Positions 46,712 through 59,520 of a DNA stretch of 64,000 bases are shown here, piece by piece. The DNA comes from an uncultured delta proteobacterium. Lineage in GTDB: Bacteria; Desulfobacterota; Desulfuromonadia; Desulfuromonadales; JACZKF01. Every line of letters begins with the position of its first letter. Positions within the stretch are counted from its first letter, which is position 1. The notes under the pieces are model-generated. The model searched no databases. It saw only the letters and a list, made by a program, of their open reading frames with translations, and was not told the origin of the DNA. Position numbers and translations under genes: made by a program. The stretch is taken from positions 1-64,000 of the forward strand of contig CAWFKQ010000002.1 of the NCBI GenBank assembly GCA_963816395.1, in the 5' to 3' direction.

Positions 46712-46817
46712 GGCTGGAGGCTAGAGGCAAGGGTGCTGTAGGTCAAGGCAAAAAGTAGAGGGCAAACCAAAGGATAGACCTGTTTTCCTCTTGCCGCTAG
46801 CCTTTAGCCTCTGGCCT
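46712..46817. repeat. GGC(T/A)NGA 7-mer inverted repeat
   Basis: GGCTGGA GGCTAGA GGCAAGG versus CCTCTTG CCGCTAG CCTTTAG CCTCTGG. Confidence 0.6.
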
Positions 46818-46820
46818 GTT

Positions 46821-48109
46821 TTAAACCGCCAGGCTGATGACGGAGAAAATGGCGGCGGCGATCAGGAACCAGTTGCATTCGTGGATACGGCCGAGGAGGA
46901 GGCGGATCAGTACGTAGGAGAGAAAACCAAAAGCCAGACCGGTGGCAATGGAGTAGGTCAGGGGCATCAGAAGGAAGGTGAGAAAAGCGGGGGCACCTTC
47001 CTCAAAACGATGAAAATCAATGCCGCCGATGCCGCGCATCATGAAGATTCCGACGACGATCAGCGCCGGGGCGGTGGCGTAAGAGGGGACGGCGGCAATC
47101 AGCGGGGTGAAGAAGGCAGCAAAGAGAAAGAGGGCGGCGGTTGTCACCCCGGTCAAACCGGTCCGGCCACCGTCGGCGACGCCGCTGGCCGATTCGATGA
47201 AAGGCCGTGGTGGTACTCGTCCCGAGCAGGGCGCCGCCGATGGTGGCGAGGGCATCGGCGGTCAGCATCCGAGGCAGGCCAGGCACTTCCCCCTGCTCAT
47301 CAGTCATCCCGGCTTCCCGACAGACCGCCAGCATCGTCCCGAGGCTGTCGAAGAGATCGACAAACATGAAAGAGAAGATGCTCGACCAGAGGGATACCTT
47401 CAGGGCTCCCAGGATATCAAGGTGCAGTGCGATGGGCGCCGGCGAGGGGGGGATGGCGGCCAGGCCAGCCGGCCAGGGGGATAGCCCCAGGACAGAAACC
47501 GAGCAGGGTGGTGGCCAGTATGGCGAGCAGCAGGGAGCCGCGCACTTTCCGGACCTCAAGCAGGATGGCCAGCAGCAGCCCGAGCAGACCGAGCAGCGCC
47601 GCCGGGGTAAGACGCCCGAGTTGCACCAGAACCGCCTGGCTCTTCACCACCAGCCCGAGATTCTGCAGGCCGATAAAGGCGATGAACAGGCCGATTCCTA
47701 CTGAAGTCGCCAGGCGCAGGGAGGCGGGGATGGCCCGCGCCAGCCGTTCGCGTACCCCCAGCAGGGTAAGCAGGAGAAAAAAGACCCCTGAAAGGAAGAC
47801 GACGCCGAGGGCGGTGGGCCAGGGCACTCCCTCCTTCAGCACCAGGGTATAGGTGAAGAAGGCGTTGAGACCCATTCCCGGGGCCATCATCAGTGGGGCG
47901 TTGGCCCAGACCGCTACCAGCAGTGTGGCGAGGCTCGCTGCCAGGCAGGTGACGGTGGTCAGCGCTCCCTTGTCCATCCCGGCCTGGGAAAGGATGGAAG
48001 GATTGACGATGATGATGTAGGCGGCGGTCAGAAAGGTGGTGGTGCCGGCGACCAGTTCAGTGCGGACGCCGGTACCGTGCCGGCGGAGTTGAAACAGGCG
48101 ATCGAGCAT
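46821..48109 (-). CDS. NCS2/AzgA-like purine permease (frameshifted)
   Basis: ELVAGTTTFLT, APGMGLNAFF, FVDLFDSLGT, IESASGV..GGRTGLT. Confidence 0.9.
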
Positions 48110-48178
48110 GGGTTAAATCCAGGCAAGCGGTTGGAGGGAAAAGGCAGGCACAGCGGGATTTCCCATTGCCCGGAGCCT

Positions 48179-48529
48179 CTAGCCCGCCTTCTTCTCCTTG
48201 AACATGATGAGCAGCATCTTAAAACGTTCAACGGCCCGTACCCGGTGGGAGATCCCGCCGGGCATGAGGACGATCTCGCCGGCCCTGACGGTGACTGGTT
48301 TGCCGCCGATGGAGATCTCGGCCTGACCGTCGAGGACCTGGATGAAAGCGTTGAAGGGAACGGTATGTTCGGAAAGGGCTTGCCCCTGGTCGAAGCTGAA
48401 GACGGTCAGGGTGCCGCTGTCCGTCTGCAGCAGGGTGCGGCTGACGATGGAACCGGCCTGGTACTGGGTCATCTCGGCTAAGTTGTGGGCTACAGCGCCT
48501 TCGATGTTGACGCAGGGATCGGCAGTCAT
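48179..48529 (-). CDS. Cupin domain protein
   Basis: IVSRTL, FDQGQALSEHT, MPGGISH, FKMLL. Confidence 0.88.
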   Translation of the reverse strand: MTADPCVNIEGAVAHNLAEMTQYQAGSIVSRTLLQTDSGTLTVFSFDQGQALSEHTVPFNAFIQVLDGQAEISIGGKPVTVRAGEIVLMPGGISHRVRAVERFKMLLIMFKEKKAG

Positions 48530-48571
48530 GGCAACCTCCTTGAGGGAATTCAGTCTCGTTTTAATTATACC

Positions 48572-49246
48572 TCAGCGGGCAGGTTGCCGCCCATCCGGCG
48601 TTGCCTCGTTGATCTGGTCCCAGAGAATTTCGATATCGCGGGACAGGGCCGGACTGGAGGTGCGCTTGGCGGCGCGGTAAAGGGAGCCGAGGGTGGTTTT
48701 CTCATCACCGAGGCGGTAGGAGGCCAGGGAGGCATGATAGAGGATGGCGGCCGCCAGATCGTCCCCCGGATTCTGGGCCAGGGCCTGTTCGAAGAACTGC
48801 AGCGCTTCCCTGTCCCGTTCCTTCCGCAGGGCCAGGACTCCCAGGAGGTCGGCGCGGGCGGCGGATCCTTCGGGAAGTTCGGTCAGCAACTTGTGGGCCT
48901 TGCCGATGCCATCGAGTTTGAAGACGTAGAGGAGGGCAAGGCGATGGAGGATCTCCGGCCGCCGGGGGTCCTCTTCCGGCAGCAGATTCAGGGCTCGGAG
49001 ATATGCGCGCCGGGCGGCGCCCAGCTCGCCGCTGCATTCCAGCAACTCACCGCGCCGCAGGTTGAGGCTGCTGTCCGCCGGCTGGTACTCGATGGCTTGA
49101 CCGAGGCGCTTGGCGGCGGCGGGGAAATCCCGGGCGGCGGCCAGTTCCTCGGCCTGCCGGCGGAAAGTTTCCGCTGCCTGGGGGTCGGGTGCCACAGTGG
49201 CGCAGCCGGCGAACAGGAGCAATAACAGGAGAAATAGAGACTTCAT
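48572..49246 (-). CDS. TPR lipoprotein
   Basis: Lipobox FAGC; Ala/Leu-rich helical repeats. Confidence 0.7.
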   Translation of the reverse strand: MKSLFLLLLLLFAGCATVAPDPQAAETFRRQAEELAAARDFPAAAKRLGQAIEYQPADSSLNLRRGELLECSGELGAARRAYLRALNLLPEEDPRRPEILHRLALLYVFKLDGIGKAHKLLTELPEGSAARADLLGVLALRKERDREALQFFEQALAQNPGDDLAAAILYHASLASYRLGDEKTTLGSLYRAAKRTSSPALSRDIEILWDQINEATPDGRQPAR

Positions 49247-49296
49247 CTGCCGGTGATGGAAAAAGGCCGGAGAAAAACTCTCCGGCCTTTGTCAGC

Positions 49297-50187
49297 CTAA
49301 AGGGTGATCCCGGTCAGCCGGGTGAGAGCCTCCAGGTATTTTTCCCCCGTCTGACGGACGATTTCCGGCGGCAGGGGGGGCGGCGGCGCCTTTTTCCCCC
49401 AGTCGAGGGTCTCCAGGTAATCGCGCAGAAACTGCTTGTCGAAACTGGGTTGGGGGCCGCCCGGTCGATATCTGTCCTTGGGCCAGAAGCGTGAGGAGTC
49501 GGGGGTAAGGGCCTCGTCGATCCAGATCAGGCGCTCCTCATGGATGCCGAACTCGAACTTGGTATCGGCGATGATGATCCCCCGGGTCTCGGCATAGTCG
49601 CGGGACCGCCGGTAAATGGCCAGGGTGGCGTCCCGGGCCTGCTCGGCCAGGTCGCGGCCGCACAGTTCGGCTGTTTTTTCGAAGGAGATATTCTCGTCGT
49701 GCTCGCCGAGTTCGGCCTTGGTCGAGGGAGTGAAAATCGGCTCAGGCAATTGCGCGCTCTCCAGCAGCCCCGGCGGCAGGGCAATGCCGCTGATGCTCCC
49801 CGACTGCCGGTACTCTTTCCAGCCGGAGCCGGCAACGTAGCCGCGCACGATGCACTCAACCGGCAGCGGTCGGGCTTTTTTCACCAGCATGCTGCGGCCG
49901 GCCAGCTGGTCCCGGTAGCGGTGGGTGACTGCCGGAAAGTCGCCGATCTCGGTGGCGACGATGTGGTTGGGGATGATATCGGCCATCTTCTCGAACCAGA
50001 ACCGGGAGATCTGGGTCAGAACAAAGCCCTTGTGGGGAATGCCCTGATCCATGATGACGTCGAAGGCGGAGATGCGGTCGCTGGTGACGATCAGCAGGTG
50101 CTCGCCAAGATCGTAGATGTCCCTGACTTTCCCCCGGTTGACCAGCTGGAGATCAGGGAAGCTGGTCTGCATGACGATCTGGGTCAT
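49297..50187 (-). CDS. purC: SAICAR synthetase
   Basis: [41 protein letters not shown]. Confidence 0.97.
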   Translation of the reverse strand: MTQIVMQTSFPDLQLVNRGKVRDIYDLGEHLLIVTSDRISAFDVIMDQGIPHKGFVLTQISRFWFEKMADIIPNHIVATEIGDFPAVTHRYRDQLAGRSMLVKKARPLPVECIVRGYVAGSGWKEYRQSGSISGIALPPGLLESAQLPEPIFTPSTKAELGEHDENISFEKTAELCGRDLAEQARDATLAIYRRSRDYAETRGIIIADTKFEFGIHEERLIWIDEALTPDSSRFWPKDRYRPGGPQPSFDKQFLRDYLETLDWGKKAPPPPLPPEIVRQTGEKYLEALTRLTGITL

Positions 50188-52137
50188 ATCTGGCTGTTCT
50201 CCCCTTTGAGCGAAGATGCGATATTCGGCGAAATGGTGATTTCGGCCTGGCTGCGCAGGTCCTTCAGGCGCTTCTCCAGTGCCTGATCCTTCTCCTGATT
50301 GAGCAGCGCCTGCCGCAGTTCTTCGCGCTTGGTCTGGTTCAGGGCGTCCATATCGGCTGCCTGGCGGTCGGTGAGCATGGCGACCACGAAGTTGCCGTTC
50401 TGCTCAAAGACCTGGTCGGGCACCGGCGCCTCCCGGGTCAGCCCGTAGGCCGCCTTGGCCAGCTCCTCCGAATTCCCCAGGCGGGGGATCAGGGAGCCGT
50501 AGGCACGGCTGAACAAACCGGTTTCCTCGACCTTCAGCCCCTGGGCACGGGCCAGAGAGTCGAGCGCTTTTCCCTGCCGCAGGTCGGCCAGGATCTTTTC
50601 CGCCGTCTGCCGGGCCAGCTTCCTGCGCCTTCTCCTGGCGGTAAGCCTGTTCCACCTTGCCGCGCACCTCGGCCAGTTCCGGCCGGCGGCTTTCCCGGCG
50701 ATCCTTGAGGGCGAACAGGACCACCCCCTGGGGCAGGATTACCGGCCTGGCCAGTTCGCCTGGCTGCATGCTGAAGACGGTGGCGGCGATTTCCGGAGCC
50801 TCCCCCAGGCCGTCGATGCTTCCCTGCCGATCGAAGTAGCCGGTCTCCCGTATCTTCATGCCGTTGGCTTCGGCGGCTTTGTCCAGGCTGCCGCCCTGGC
50901 GGTTGACATTGTAGGCGTCGATCGCCTTCTCGTAGGCGAGTTTTTGCGCCTTTTCCGCCTGCAGCCCCGTCTTAACGGTCTCCGCTACTTCGGCGAAGGG
51001 CTTCACCCCGGCATCGATGTGCTGCTCCACTTTGATGATGTGGAAACCGAAGGGAGATTCGACGATATCGCTGATCTGCCCGGGCGCCAGGGAAAAGGCG
51101 GCCTTCTCGAAAGGGGCGACCATGGTGCCGCGGGGAAACAGGCCGAGCTCGCCACCCTTGGCGGCGCTGCCGGGGTCATCGGAATATTTCTTCGCCAGTT
51201 GGGCAAAGTCCTGCCCAGCGCGGGCTTTTTCCAGGACTTCCGCGGCCAGCTTCCGCTTCTGCTCCTTCAATTCGGGGCTGGCATCGGGCGGGAGCTTGAT
51301 CAGGATGTGAGCGGCCTTGACCTGCTCGGGAATCTCGAATTGGTCGAGGTGGTGCCGATAATAGCCCTGGAGTTCCCCGTCCTCATAGGTGACATCTTTG
51401 GCATATTGGCCGGGCTCGAAAAGCAGGTAGCGCAAGGATGCCGTTTCGGGAAGCCGGAACGCCTCCTGGTGCTCAGTGAAATAGCTCTTCAGCGCCGCCT
51501 CATCCACTTTGACCCGGCTTTCGAAAAGGGCGGGGGAGAGGCGCACGAAAGCGAGGGCTATTTTCTCGTTGCGGTCGCGGTATTCCTTGGCGATCGCATC
51601 ATCGGATACCGTCACCCCCTGCTGGATTTTGTCGCGAATTTTCTCGATCAGCAGCTGCCGCTGCTCCATCTTTTCGAAATCATCGGGATTCAGACGCTGG
51701 CTGGCCAGCACCCGCAGATAGCGGTCCCGGCTGAAAGCGCCGTTATCCTGGAAGGCGGGAATTTCGGCAATCGCCTTCACCAGTTCCTTGCGGGAGACCT
51801 CGAGGCCCTGACGTCCGGCTTCCTGCACCAGCAGGGTTTCCTCCACCAGGGCGTCCAGCGCCTGTTGGCGCAGCCCCAGCTTCTTTTCCAGGGCCGGGGT
51901 GAATTTTTCGCGGTAAACATTCTGGTACATGCGGTACAGATTGCTGTAGGCGTTCTGGTAATCATCGTAGCCAATGCGCGTACCGTTCACCACGGCGGCC
52001 ATGGTGGGGTCCTTTTCGCCCCGCTCCGAGCCTTTTCCCCACACCAGGAAGATGGTGCCGACAAAGGTGGCGATAATGGCCCAGAAGACCACTTTGATGA
52101 TGACGGTTTTCTGTTTCTTGCGGATCAAATCCAGCAT
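50184..52137 (-). CDS. PpiD/SurA-like periplasmic peptidyl-prolyl isomerase (frameshift near 50615)
   Basis: N-terminal [38 protein letters not shown]. Confidence 0.88.
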
Positions 52138-52312
52138 CGGGGAAAGGTCTCCTTTGGTGTCGCTGAGTGGTGACAAACAGGGTCGCATGTTAGTCAATCA
52201 GGGTTAGAAATGCAACAGAATTTTCCTTTTCCAGCTTGCGGATAGGGCTGATTTCTGATAACGTGAGGCGCATTTTTACAGCAGTCCTGGAATGCCCCGG
52301 GGCTGTGGCTGA

Positions 52313-53374
<1,062 letters not shown>

Positions 53375-53475
53375 GGCGAACCATTCGCCACCGGGAATAT
53401 ACGGCGTTGGCGCACACTGGTGCTGCCGGGGAGGGAAACTGCTCCTCCCTTTTCGCCGGAACCGGGAGATAACCG

Positions 53476-54294
53476 GTGCTGGAACTGCTGAAAAAATATC
53501 GGACCCCCCTGCTGGCGAGCTGCCTGATCCTGGTTGCTCTGCTCATCTATTCGGCCAACCTGCGGCACCAGGACCAGACAACCTTTTTCGAAAGGTCCGT
53601 TCTGCAGGTGACCGCTCCCCTGCAGAAGGGGATCGACGCCACCTGCAAGGCAATTTCCGGATGGTGGCGCCATTACCTCTGGCTGGTCGAGACCGAGCGG
53701 GAAAACGAGCGGCTGCGGCTGGAAAACCGGCAGCTGCAGGCCGAACTCGGTCGCCTGGAAGAGGTCCGTCTGGCCAACGAACGGTTGCGCGGGCTTCTGC
53801 AGTTCAAGGAAAAAATCGATCTGCCGGTTCTGCCGGCGCAGGTGATCGCCGAGGATGCCTCAAGCTGGTTCCGGACCGTGGTCATCGACAAGGGGAGTGA
53901 GGACGGGGTTCGCGAGGGGCTGCCGGTGGTGGTGGCGGAAGGAGCTGCGGGGCGGATCCTTTCCTGCGCTCCCCACCAGTCGCGGGTCCTGCTGGTCACC
54001 GATGCTTCCTCCGGCATCGCCGCTCTGGTGCAGCGCGACCGAACCCGCGGCGTCATCCGGGGGCAGGGGGACAGCCTTTCTTTTGAATATGCCCTGCGCC
54101 AGGCGGATCTCGAGGTGGGGGACGAAGTGATAACCTCCGGCACCGGCGGTGTTTTTCCCAAAGGGGTGCCGGTCGGCCGCATCACCCGGGTCAGCCGTGA
54201 GAATTTTGGTCTTTTTCAGACGGTGGAAGTGGCACCCTTTGTTGATTTCTCCCGTCTGGAAGAAGTCCTGGTTCTCCTGAAGGCTGCTCGATGA
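53476..54294 (+). CDS. mreC: MreC
   Basis: ENERLR coiled coil, IDKGSEDG, TSGTGGVFPKG. Confidence 0.94.
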   Translation: MLELLKKYRTPLLASCLILVALLIYSANLRHQDQTTFFERSVLQVTAPLQKGIDATCKAISGWWRHYLWLVETERENERLRLENRQLQAELGRLEEVRLANERLRGLLQFKEKIDLPVLPAQVIAEDASSWFRTVVIDKGSEDGVREGLPVVVAEGAAGRILSCAPHQSRVLLVTDASSGIAALVQRDRTRGVIRGQGDSLSFEYALRQADLEVGDEVITSGTGGVFPKGVPVGRITRVSRENFGLFQTVEVAPFVDFSRLEEVLVLLKAAR

Positions 54295-54828
54295 CCCGCA
54301 TTTTCGCCTACTTTCTGCTCGGCTTCATTTTCGTCCTGGTGCAGACCTCGCTGTTTGCCCGCTGCCTCCCCATGTTTCTGAAACCCGATCTGCTGCTGAT
54401 TCTGGTCATCTATCTGGGGCTGAACGAAAAATACGTGCGGGGAGGGCTTCTCGCCTATCTCCTGGGCTGCCTGGAGGATGTTTTCGCCGGTCACTACCTC
54501 GGTCTTTACGGTTTCGCCCTGCTGGTTACCTTTTTCGCTGTGCGGGGGTTGGCCGGACGCCTGAACACCGAAAGCTCGCTGCTGCTGCTGAGCATGGTTT
54601 TCGGCGGCACTATTCTGCAGAGCGTTCTGCTCTTCTTCTCCCTCGGTTTCTTTGCCGATACCGGTCCCCTCTCCGTCATTTTCTTCGGCAGGCTGCTGCC
54701 GCAGATTCTGCTCAACCTGGCCGCCGCCCTGCTGCTGCTGCAGTTGGTTGCCGTGGCTGCGCCGGCACTTGGTGCCGCGGGCGGAAATACCAGGGCTGCG
54801 GCACCTGAACGATCGTTATGGCTCTTAA
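54291..54828 (+). CDS. mreD: MreD (frameshift near 3' end)
   Basis: KPDLLLIL, LGCLEDVF, hydrophobic; operon position. Confidence 0.88.
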
Positions 54829-56677
54829 TTCCGGCTGGGCCGGTTCTCCCGGTCTGCGCAACCGTTTCCTGATCTTCTCCCTGGCAGCGATCGGCATATT
54901 TCTCCTGCTGATCCTGCGCCTGTGGTACCTGCAGGTCATCAGTACCGAGCGCTACCGTGATCTGTCGGAAAAAAACCGCGTCCGCTATATCCCCATCGTC
55001 GCCTCCCGCGGCCCGATCTTCGACCGTGACGGCAAGATGCTGGTGGACAACCGGCCGGCGTTCACCATTTCCGTGCTGCGCCAGGAGGTCGACGACCGCA
55101 ATCAGCTGCTGGAGCGGCTCTCCAAATACCTTGGGGTGCCGGAGAAGGACCTGTTGCAGCGCTGGGAGGCAGGAAGCCGCTTCCCCCGGTATCGGCCCTT
55201 TCCGCTGGCCGACGACGTGAGCCGCGACATTCTCGAGAAGGTGCAGGAGAATTCCGTCGATCTGCCGGGGATCATGGCCGAGGTCCGGCCCCTGCGTTCC
55301 TATCCGAACGGAGAGATGGCGGCCCACCTCTTCGGCTATCTGGGAGAGATTACCGAGAGTGACCTGCGGAGGCAGACGGAAGACGAGTACCGGCCGGGTG
55401 ACTATATCGGCAAAAGCGGTCTGGAGAAAAAACTGGAAAATTACCTCCGGGGCACCGGCGGGGAGCGGCGGGTGGAGGTGGATGTGCGGGGAAAGGAACT
55501 GCGCCAGCTCAAAGTCCTGGAGCCGGTTCCCGGCGACCGGGTCTATCTGACCATGCAGCTCGATCTGCAACGCGCCACGGAAGCCGCCTTCGGCGATCAG
55601 GCGGGAGCGGCAGTGGTTCTGGATGTCCATACCGGCGAGGTGCTGGCGATGGTCAGCCGCCCTTCCTTCGATCCCGCCGCCTTTGCCCGTGGGATCTCCG
55701 GTGAAGAGTGGATCCGCCTGCTCCAGGATGCCCGTCATCCGCTGCAGAACAAGGCGATCAAGGGGCAGTATCCGCCCGGCTCCACCTTCAAGATCGTGAC
55801 CGCCCTGGCCGCTCTTAAGGCAGGGGTGATCACCCCCGCTACTACGGTTTTTTGTTCCGGGAAATTCGAACTGGGAACCCGGGAGTTCCGCTGCTGGAAA
55901 AGGGGTGGGCACGGCACCGTCGATCTGAAGAAGGCGCTCCGGGAGAGCTGCGACGTCTACTTCTATAAGGTCGGCCTGGAGTTGGGCATCGATCGGATCG
56001 CTGATATGGCCCGGTCTCTCGGCCTGGGGGCGCCCCTGGGTTTTCCGCTGGAGGGCGAGAAGGGAGGGCTGATCCCGACCAGGGAATGGAAGCAGAAGCG
56101 TTTCCAGGATCGCTGGTATGACGGAGAGTCGATCATCGCCGCCATCGGTCAGGGTTACGTTCTGGTCACCCCTTTGCAACTGGCGGTGATGACGGCAGCG
56201 GTGGCCAATGGTGGCACGGTCCTGCGGCCGCGCTTGATTAAACGGGTGGAAGATCTGGCTGGGAAAGATCTGCTGGAAACCAGCCCTGAGGTGATCGATT
56301 CCCTGGGTCTGCGCCCAGGTGATCTGCGCAATGTGCAGCGCGGCATGGAGGCGGTGGTCAATGAACCTCACGGAACCGGCGGGGCCAGCCGTCTGGATGG
56401 CGTCAGGGTGGCGGGGAAAACCGGCAGCGCTCAGGTGGTCAAGCTGAAAGAGGATCGCAACAAGAACGAAGCGACCATTCCCTACCGTTTTCGGGATCAC
56501 GCTCTGTTCATCGCCTATGCGCCGGCTGACCATCCGCAGATCGCAGTGGCGGTGGTGGTGGAGCACGGAATGCACGGCGGCAGCGCCGCCGCCCCCATCG
56601 CCCGAGCCATTTTCGAAAGCTATTTCGGCATATCGCCAAAGGCGACGGGTGTCGAAATGGATAATCCCGGAGACTGA
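54818..56677 (+). CDS. mrdA: Penicillin-binding protein 2
   Basis: RGPIFDR, YPPGSTFK, SCD, AGKTGSAQ. Confidence 0.96.
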   Translation: MALNSGWAGSPGLRNRFLIFSLAAIGIFLLLILRLWYLQVISTERYRDLSEKNRVRYIPIVASRGPIFDRDGKMLVDNRPAFTISVLRQEVDDRNQLLERLSKYLGVPEKDLLQRWEAGSRFPRYRPFPLADDVSRDILEKVQENSVDLPGIMAEVRPLRSYPNGEMAAHLFGYLGEITESDLRRQTEDEYRPGDYIGKSGLEKKLENYLRGTGGERRVEVDVRGKELRQLKVLEPVPGDRVYLTMQLDLQRATEAAFGDQAGAAVVLDVHTGEVLAMVSRPSFDPAAFARGISGEEWIRLLQDARHPLQNKAIKGQYPPGSTFKIVTALAALKAGVITPATTVFCSGKFELGTREFRCWKRGGHGTVDLKKALRESCDVYFYKVGLELGIDRIADMARSLGLGAPLGFPLEGEKGGLIPTREWKQKRFQDRWYDGESIIAAIGQGYVLVTPLQLAVMTAAVANGGTVLRPRLIKRVEDLAGKDLLETSPEVIDSLGLRPGDLRNVQRGMEAVVNEPHGTGGASRLDGVRVAGKTGSAQVVKLKEDRNKNEATIPYRFRDHALFIAYAPADHPQIAVAVVVEHGMHGGSAAAPIARAIFESYFGISPKATGVEMDNPGD

Positions 56678-56679
56678 CA

Positions 56680-57774
56680 GTGTTCGACAGACGATTGCTG
56701 ACCCATTTCGACTGGGTGCTGCTGCTGCTGGTCGTGCTGGTGGCGGCCATCGGCATCATCAACTTGTTCAGCGCCACTTCCGCATCGGCAAATGCCCTGC
56801 CCGCCTATCTGAAGCAGGTTTACTGGCTCGGGCTCGGTTTGTTCATCGCGCTGGGGATGTGCGCCTTCGATTACCGTCATCTGGATTATCTTGGTTTTCT
56901 GCTTTACGGTCTCAGTATCCTGCTGTTGCTGATCGTTCTGCTGCTCGGCAAGACCAGCATGGGCGCCACCCGCTGGATCAGCCTCGGCGGCTTCAACCTG
57001 CAGCCGAGTGAGATCATGAAAATTGTCATCATCATCACCCTGGCGCGCTACTTCAGTGCCCGCGACCATTTCAGCGCCTATTCCCTTACGGAACTGGGCG
57101 TTCCTTTCCTTCTGCTGAGCCTGCCCGTCCTGCTGATCGTCAAACAGCCCGATCTGGGCACGGCCATGCTGCTCATCTTTATCGGCGGGACCATCACCCT
57201 GTTCGCCGGGATCCGCCGGCTGACCCTGCTTTGTCTCGGTATCTCCGGCGGCGCGGGGGTCTTCGGCGGCTGGTTCCTGCTGCACGATTACCAGAAGGAG
57301 CGCATCCGCACTTTCCTCGATCCGGAGCGTGATCCCCTGGGTACCGGTTACCACATCATCCAGTCGAAGATTGCCGTGGGCAGCGGCGGTTTTTTCGGCC
57401 GCGGCTTCATGCATGGAACCCAGTCCCAGCTCTCCTTCCTCCCCGAGCGGCATACTGATTTCGCATTTTCCGTCTTTGCCGAGGAATGGGGGTTCGCCGG
57501 ATCCCTGGTGCTGATCCTGCTTTACCTGCTCATCATCATCTGGGGGATCTATATCGCCCGCCGGGCAGCCGACAAATTCGGCATGCTGCTTGCCCTGGGT
57601 GTAGTGGCCATGCTTTTCTGGCATATCGTCGTCAATCTGGGGATGGTCATCGGCCTGCTGCCGGTGGTCGGCGTGCCGCTCCCCCTCTTTTCCTACGGCG
57701 GCACCAGTATGATCACCACCATGATCGGGGTCGGTCTGCTGCTGAACGTCAGCATGCGGCGGTTTAAGTTTTAA
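56680..57774 (+). CDS. rodA: Rod shape-determining protein RodA
   Basis: QPSE, QPDLGT, LPERHTDF, PLFSYGG. Confidence 0.96.
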   Translation: MFDRRLLTHFDWVLLLLVVLVAAIGIINLFSATSASANALPAYLKQVYWLGLGLFIALGMCAFDYRHLDYLGFLLYGLSILLLLIVLLLGKTSMGATRWISLGGFNLQPSEIMKIVIIITLARYFSARDHFSAYSLTELGVPFLLLSLPVLLIVKQPDLGTAMLLIFIGGTITLFAGIRRLTLLCLGISGGAGVFGGWFLLHDYQKERIRTFLDPERDPLGTGYHIIQSKIAVGSGGFFGRGFMHGTQSQLSFLPERHTDFAFSVFAEEWGFAGSLVLILLYLLIIIWGIYIARRAADKFGMLLALGVVAMLFWHIVVNLGMVIGLLPVVGVPLPLFSYGGTSMITTMIGVGLLLNVSMRRFKF

Positions 57775-57779
57775 GGGCA

Positions 57780-57874
57780 GGCGAGAGGCAAGAGGCTTGA
57801 GGCAAGAGGAAATCCCTTTTTCACCTTTTTCCTGAAGGGCTTCCTCCCAGCCTCGCGTCTCCAGCCTCTTGCCT
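57780..57874. repeat. GGC(T/A)NGA 7-mer inverted repeat
   Basis: GGCGAGA GGCAAGA GGCTTGA GGCAAGA versus CCTCGCG TCTCCAG CCTCTTG. Confidence 0.6.
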
Positions 57875-57914
57875 GATATACTTGTCACCTCTCTTGCCAA
57901 CTTGGAGCCGCGCG

Positions 57915-58931
57915 ATGAAAGAAGCGATGTTCTGGGAAAAGGCGGCGGCAGGGAAGGTGAAATGCTCCCTCTGCCGTTTCCGCTGCCTGATCGCCGAGGG
58001 CCATCGGGGGGTCTGCGGCGTGCGGGAGAACCGCGAGGGAACCCTGTTCACCCTCGTCTACGGCAAAAGCATCGCCGAGCACGTCGATCCGATCGAGAAA
58101 AAGCCGCTGTTCCATTACCACCCCGGTTCCCAAAGCTTCTCGGTCGCCACCGCCGGCTGCAATTTCCGCTGTCTGCACTGCCAGAACTACCAGATCTCCC
58201 AGCTTCCTCTGACGCACCGGCCGATTCTCGGTGACAACCTGCCGCCGGCGGAGATCGTCCGCCGCGCCCGGGAAGCCGGCTGCCGCAGTATTTCCTATAC
58301 CTATACCGAGCCGACTATTTTCTACGAATACGCCTTCGATACGGCGGTGCCTGCTCACCGGGAAGGGCTCGGCAATGTTTTCGTGACCAACGGCTACATC
58401 ACCGAAGAAGCCTTGACGCACATTGCTCCTTACCTGGATGCCGCCAACGTGGACCTCAAGGGGTTTTCCGAAAAGTTTTACCGGGAGATCGCCGGTGCGA
58501 CCCTGCAGGGCGTGCTCGATTCGCTGCGAGTCTACAAACGGCTGGGGATCTGGCTGGAGATCACAACCCTGATCATCCCTGGTCACAACGACAGCGAGAC
58601 CGACCTGCGCGGCATCGCCCGCTTCATCGCCGAGGAACTCGGAGTCGAAACCCCCTGGCATGTTACCGCCTTCTATCCGACCTACCGCCTGCTCGATACC
58701 CCCCCCACGCCGGTGGAAACCTTGCGCTGGGCCCGTCGGATCGGCCAGGAGGCCGGCCTGAAATACGTCTATGAAGGGAATGTGCCTGGGGAGGGGGGCG
58801 AAAACACCTTCTGCCCCGGCTGCGGCCGGCCGGTCATCGAGCGTACGGGCTTTCGCCTGGGAACGGTTTCCCTCCGCGAGGGGCGCTGCGCTTTCTGCGC
58901 GACGCCGATCGCCGGCATCGGCCTGCCGTAA
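57915..58931 (+). CDS. amrS: AmmeMemoRadiSam system radical SAM enzyme
   Basis: DPIEKKPLFH, GCNFRCLHCQN, YTYTEP, N- and C-terminal CxxC. Confidence 0.9.
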   Translation: MKEAMFWEKAAAGKVKCSLCRFRCLIAEGHRGVCGVRENREGTLFTLVYGKSIAEHVDPIEKKPLFHYHPGSQSFSVATAGCNFRCLHCQNYQISQLPLTHRPILGDNLPPAEIVRRAREAGCRSISYTYTEPTIFYEYAFDTAVPAHREGLGNVFVTNGYITEEALTHIAPYLDAANVDLKGFSEKFYREIAGATLQGVLDSLRVYKRLGIWLEITTLIIPGHNDSETDLRGIARFIAEELGVETPWHVTAFYPTYRLLDTPPTPVETLRWARRIGQEAGLKYVYEGNVPGEGGENTFCPGCGRPVIERTGFRLGTVSLREGRCAFCATPIAGIGLP

Positions 58932-59076
58932 CCGGCCGGCCAACGATGTGGCGCGGTTACACGTCTGCCCAGGGCCGGGACCGGACCAGAGAGATTTGAC
59001 ACCTCGCCGCCTCCTGCTAAATTCATTAGAAGAACGAGAGCATTTGCTGCCGATCCCCCTGGAAGGAGGAGAGCGA

Positions 59077-59431
59077 ATGGCGGAGGATACACAACAGGCG
59101 CTGGAGGATCTGGTCAGGCCCCTATTCCGATCCGACGCCATGGTCAAGACCGTCGAGAATGAGGGAGGCTGCTTGATTTCCGCCTCCTGGCGGCTGGGTT
59201 CGCACCGCATGGACAACTGGTCGCGGGAAATTCAGATCCTTATTCCCCGGGAAGTGACCGCGCGTTTCGCCAAGCTGAACGACAAAGGACGCAGCAAAGC
59301 CAAGCGCCAACCTGGTCTCCTTCGTCAAACTGAAGCTCTCCGATTTTCATCCCGAACATGACCGGCCCCGTTATCTCCTGCCGCCCGTGGAAGCCTGGCC
59401 GGTGCGCTACGAGGATATTTTCCCGAAATAG
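59077..59431 (+). CDS. Hypothetical protein (frameshift near 59308)
   Basis: AGGAGGAG RBS; MAEDTQQ..KAKR continues LVSFVKLKLSDFHPEHDRPRYLLPPVEAW in the next frame. Confidence 0.6.
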
Positions 59432-59520
59432 AAACGGCGAAGCAGGTGGGAGATGGAAAATTCGAGGCTGATGGTGAACAGGAGGATGAGGTCGAATCCG
59501 GCCATCGATTCCACTTGGCG